Positions 63,632 to 64,000 of a stretch of DNA of 64,000 bases are shown here, piece after piece; positions within the stretch are counted from its first letter, which is position 1; every line of letters starts with the position of its first letter. The DNA comes from an uncultured Candidatus Saccharibacteria bacterium (lineage in GTDB: Bacteria; Patescibacteriota; Saccharimonadia; Saccharimonadales; CAYUUR01), in NCBI GenBank assembly GCA_964510235.1, contig CAZEBF010000001.1:13001-77000 (forward strand), in the 5' to 3' direction. The notes beneath the pieces were generated by a model. That model was given only the letters and a program-made list of their open reading frames with translations. It made no database searches and was not told where the DNA came from. The position numbers and the translations under genes are program-made.

Positions 63632-64000
63632 TTACGCAATCGTAATGGTGTCGCCACCGAGGTGACGAGCAAAGTAAGAATCGTGAGAGATATAGATGAT
63701 AGCACCGTTGTAGTGAGCTAGAGCATCTTCGAGCTCTTCGATGCTTGGTAGATCGAGGTGGTTGGTTGGCTCGTCCAGGATTAACACCTGTGGATGCCCG
63801 GCCAGCATGTTAATAAGTTGAAAACGAGCCTTCTGGCCACCACTGAGCCGACTAATCGGTACATCGCCGTCAGTTGCAGGGTTAAACAGATAGTCACTGA
63901 GAAGCTGTTTGACGAGTGATTCACCCACCGGCACGTCTTTGGCCATGTAAGCCCGCTCAATGGCCTCTGATAGCGTCAGAGATAGATAGCTTTCGGCAAT
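63632..64000 (-). CDS. ABC transporter ATP-binding protein, possibly an ABC-F type. Partial: the 5' end lies beyond the window end.
   Basis: It has the ABC signature LSGGQKARF and the Walker B motif ILDEPTNHLD. The ORF runs off the window. Confidence 0.7.
   Translation of the reverse strand: MAESYLSLTLSEAIERAYMAKDVPVGESLVKQLLSDYLFNPATDGDVPISRLSGGQKARFQLINMLAGHPQVLILDEPTNHLDLPSIEELEDALAHYNGAIIYISHDSYFARHLGGDTITIA

Noticed and set aside
1-64000. CRISPR arrays, rRNA genes and insertion sequences
   Set aside because: No regularly spaced short direct repeats, no rRNA-like conserved blocks and no transposase-like ORFs were seen. The only notable direct repeats are intragenic (pilA, giant gene).

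Overview
The window is about 88% coding, almost entirely on the minus strand. Gene content and order look like a small-genome monoderm bacterium, plausibly a Candidatus Saccharibacteria/CPR-like lineage. That placement is inference from gene content only.

Landmarks from low to high coordinates:
- A polysaccharide-type locus at 1-7831: a processive GT2 synthase (truncated by the window edge), a small membrane partner, an MFS transporter, a beta-helix secreted protein, a GT4 and a GH15-like hydrolase.
- Four tRNAs: Gly-CCC, Thr-CGU, Asp-GUC and Arg-CCU.
- A small RRM RNA-binding protein, and an unlisted 39-aa KGG-type stress peptide with a strong RBS.
- A CheD-like/HAD gene pair, a VOC-family protein, a short PPase-like protein and a class A beta-lactamase-like protein.
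- A 2841-aa giant surface protein carrying five copies of a QTANLQEWQ module and a LamG-like domain.
- A four-gene cell-surface cluster beside it: a DUF916-like anchored protein and two paralogous secreted Thr/Ser-rich proteins. This is reminiscent of Firmicutes Csc/WxL surface complexes. A PrsA-like foldase and a PH-like membrane protein follow.
- ndk, then a Xer-family tyrosine recombinase.
- A complete secretin-less type IV pilus locus at 27859-42387. It holds four minor pilins, pilD, two tandem pilA paralogues sharing a perfect 110-nt repeat, pilC, pilT, pilB, a small TM protein, pilO, pilN, pilM and an 834-aa secreted protein at the operon head.
- A lamin-tail-domain secreted protein, an orphan histidine kinase and ychF.
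- A housekeeping block: tlyA, efp, a NUDIX hydrolase, rpsR-ssb-rpsF, ftsK, RNase J, a UDG, pnp, rpsO and a truncated ABC ATPase.

No CRISPR array, rRNA, transposase or phage structural module was seen. The most interesting candidates for undescribed biology are the giant protein plus the Csc-like surface cluster, and the pilus locus with its duplicated pilins and accessory secreted proteins.
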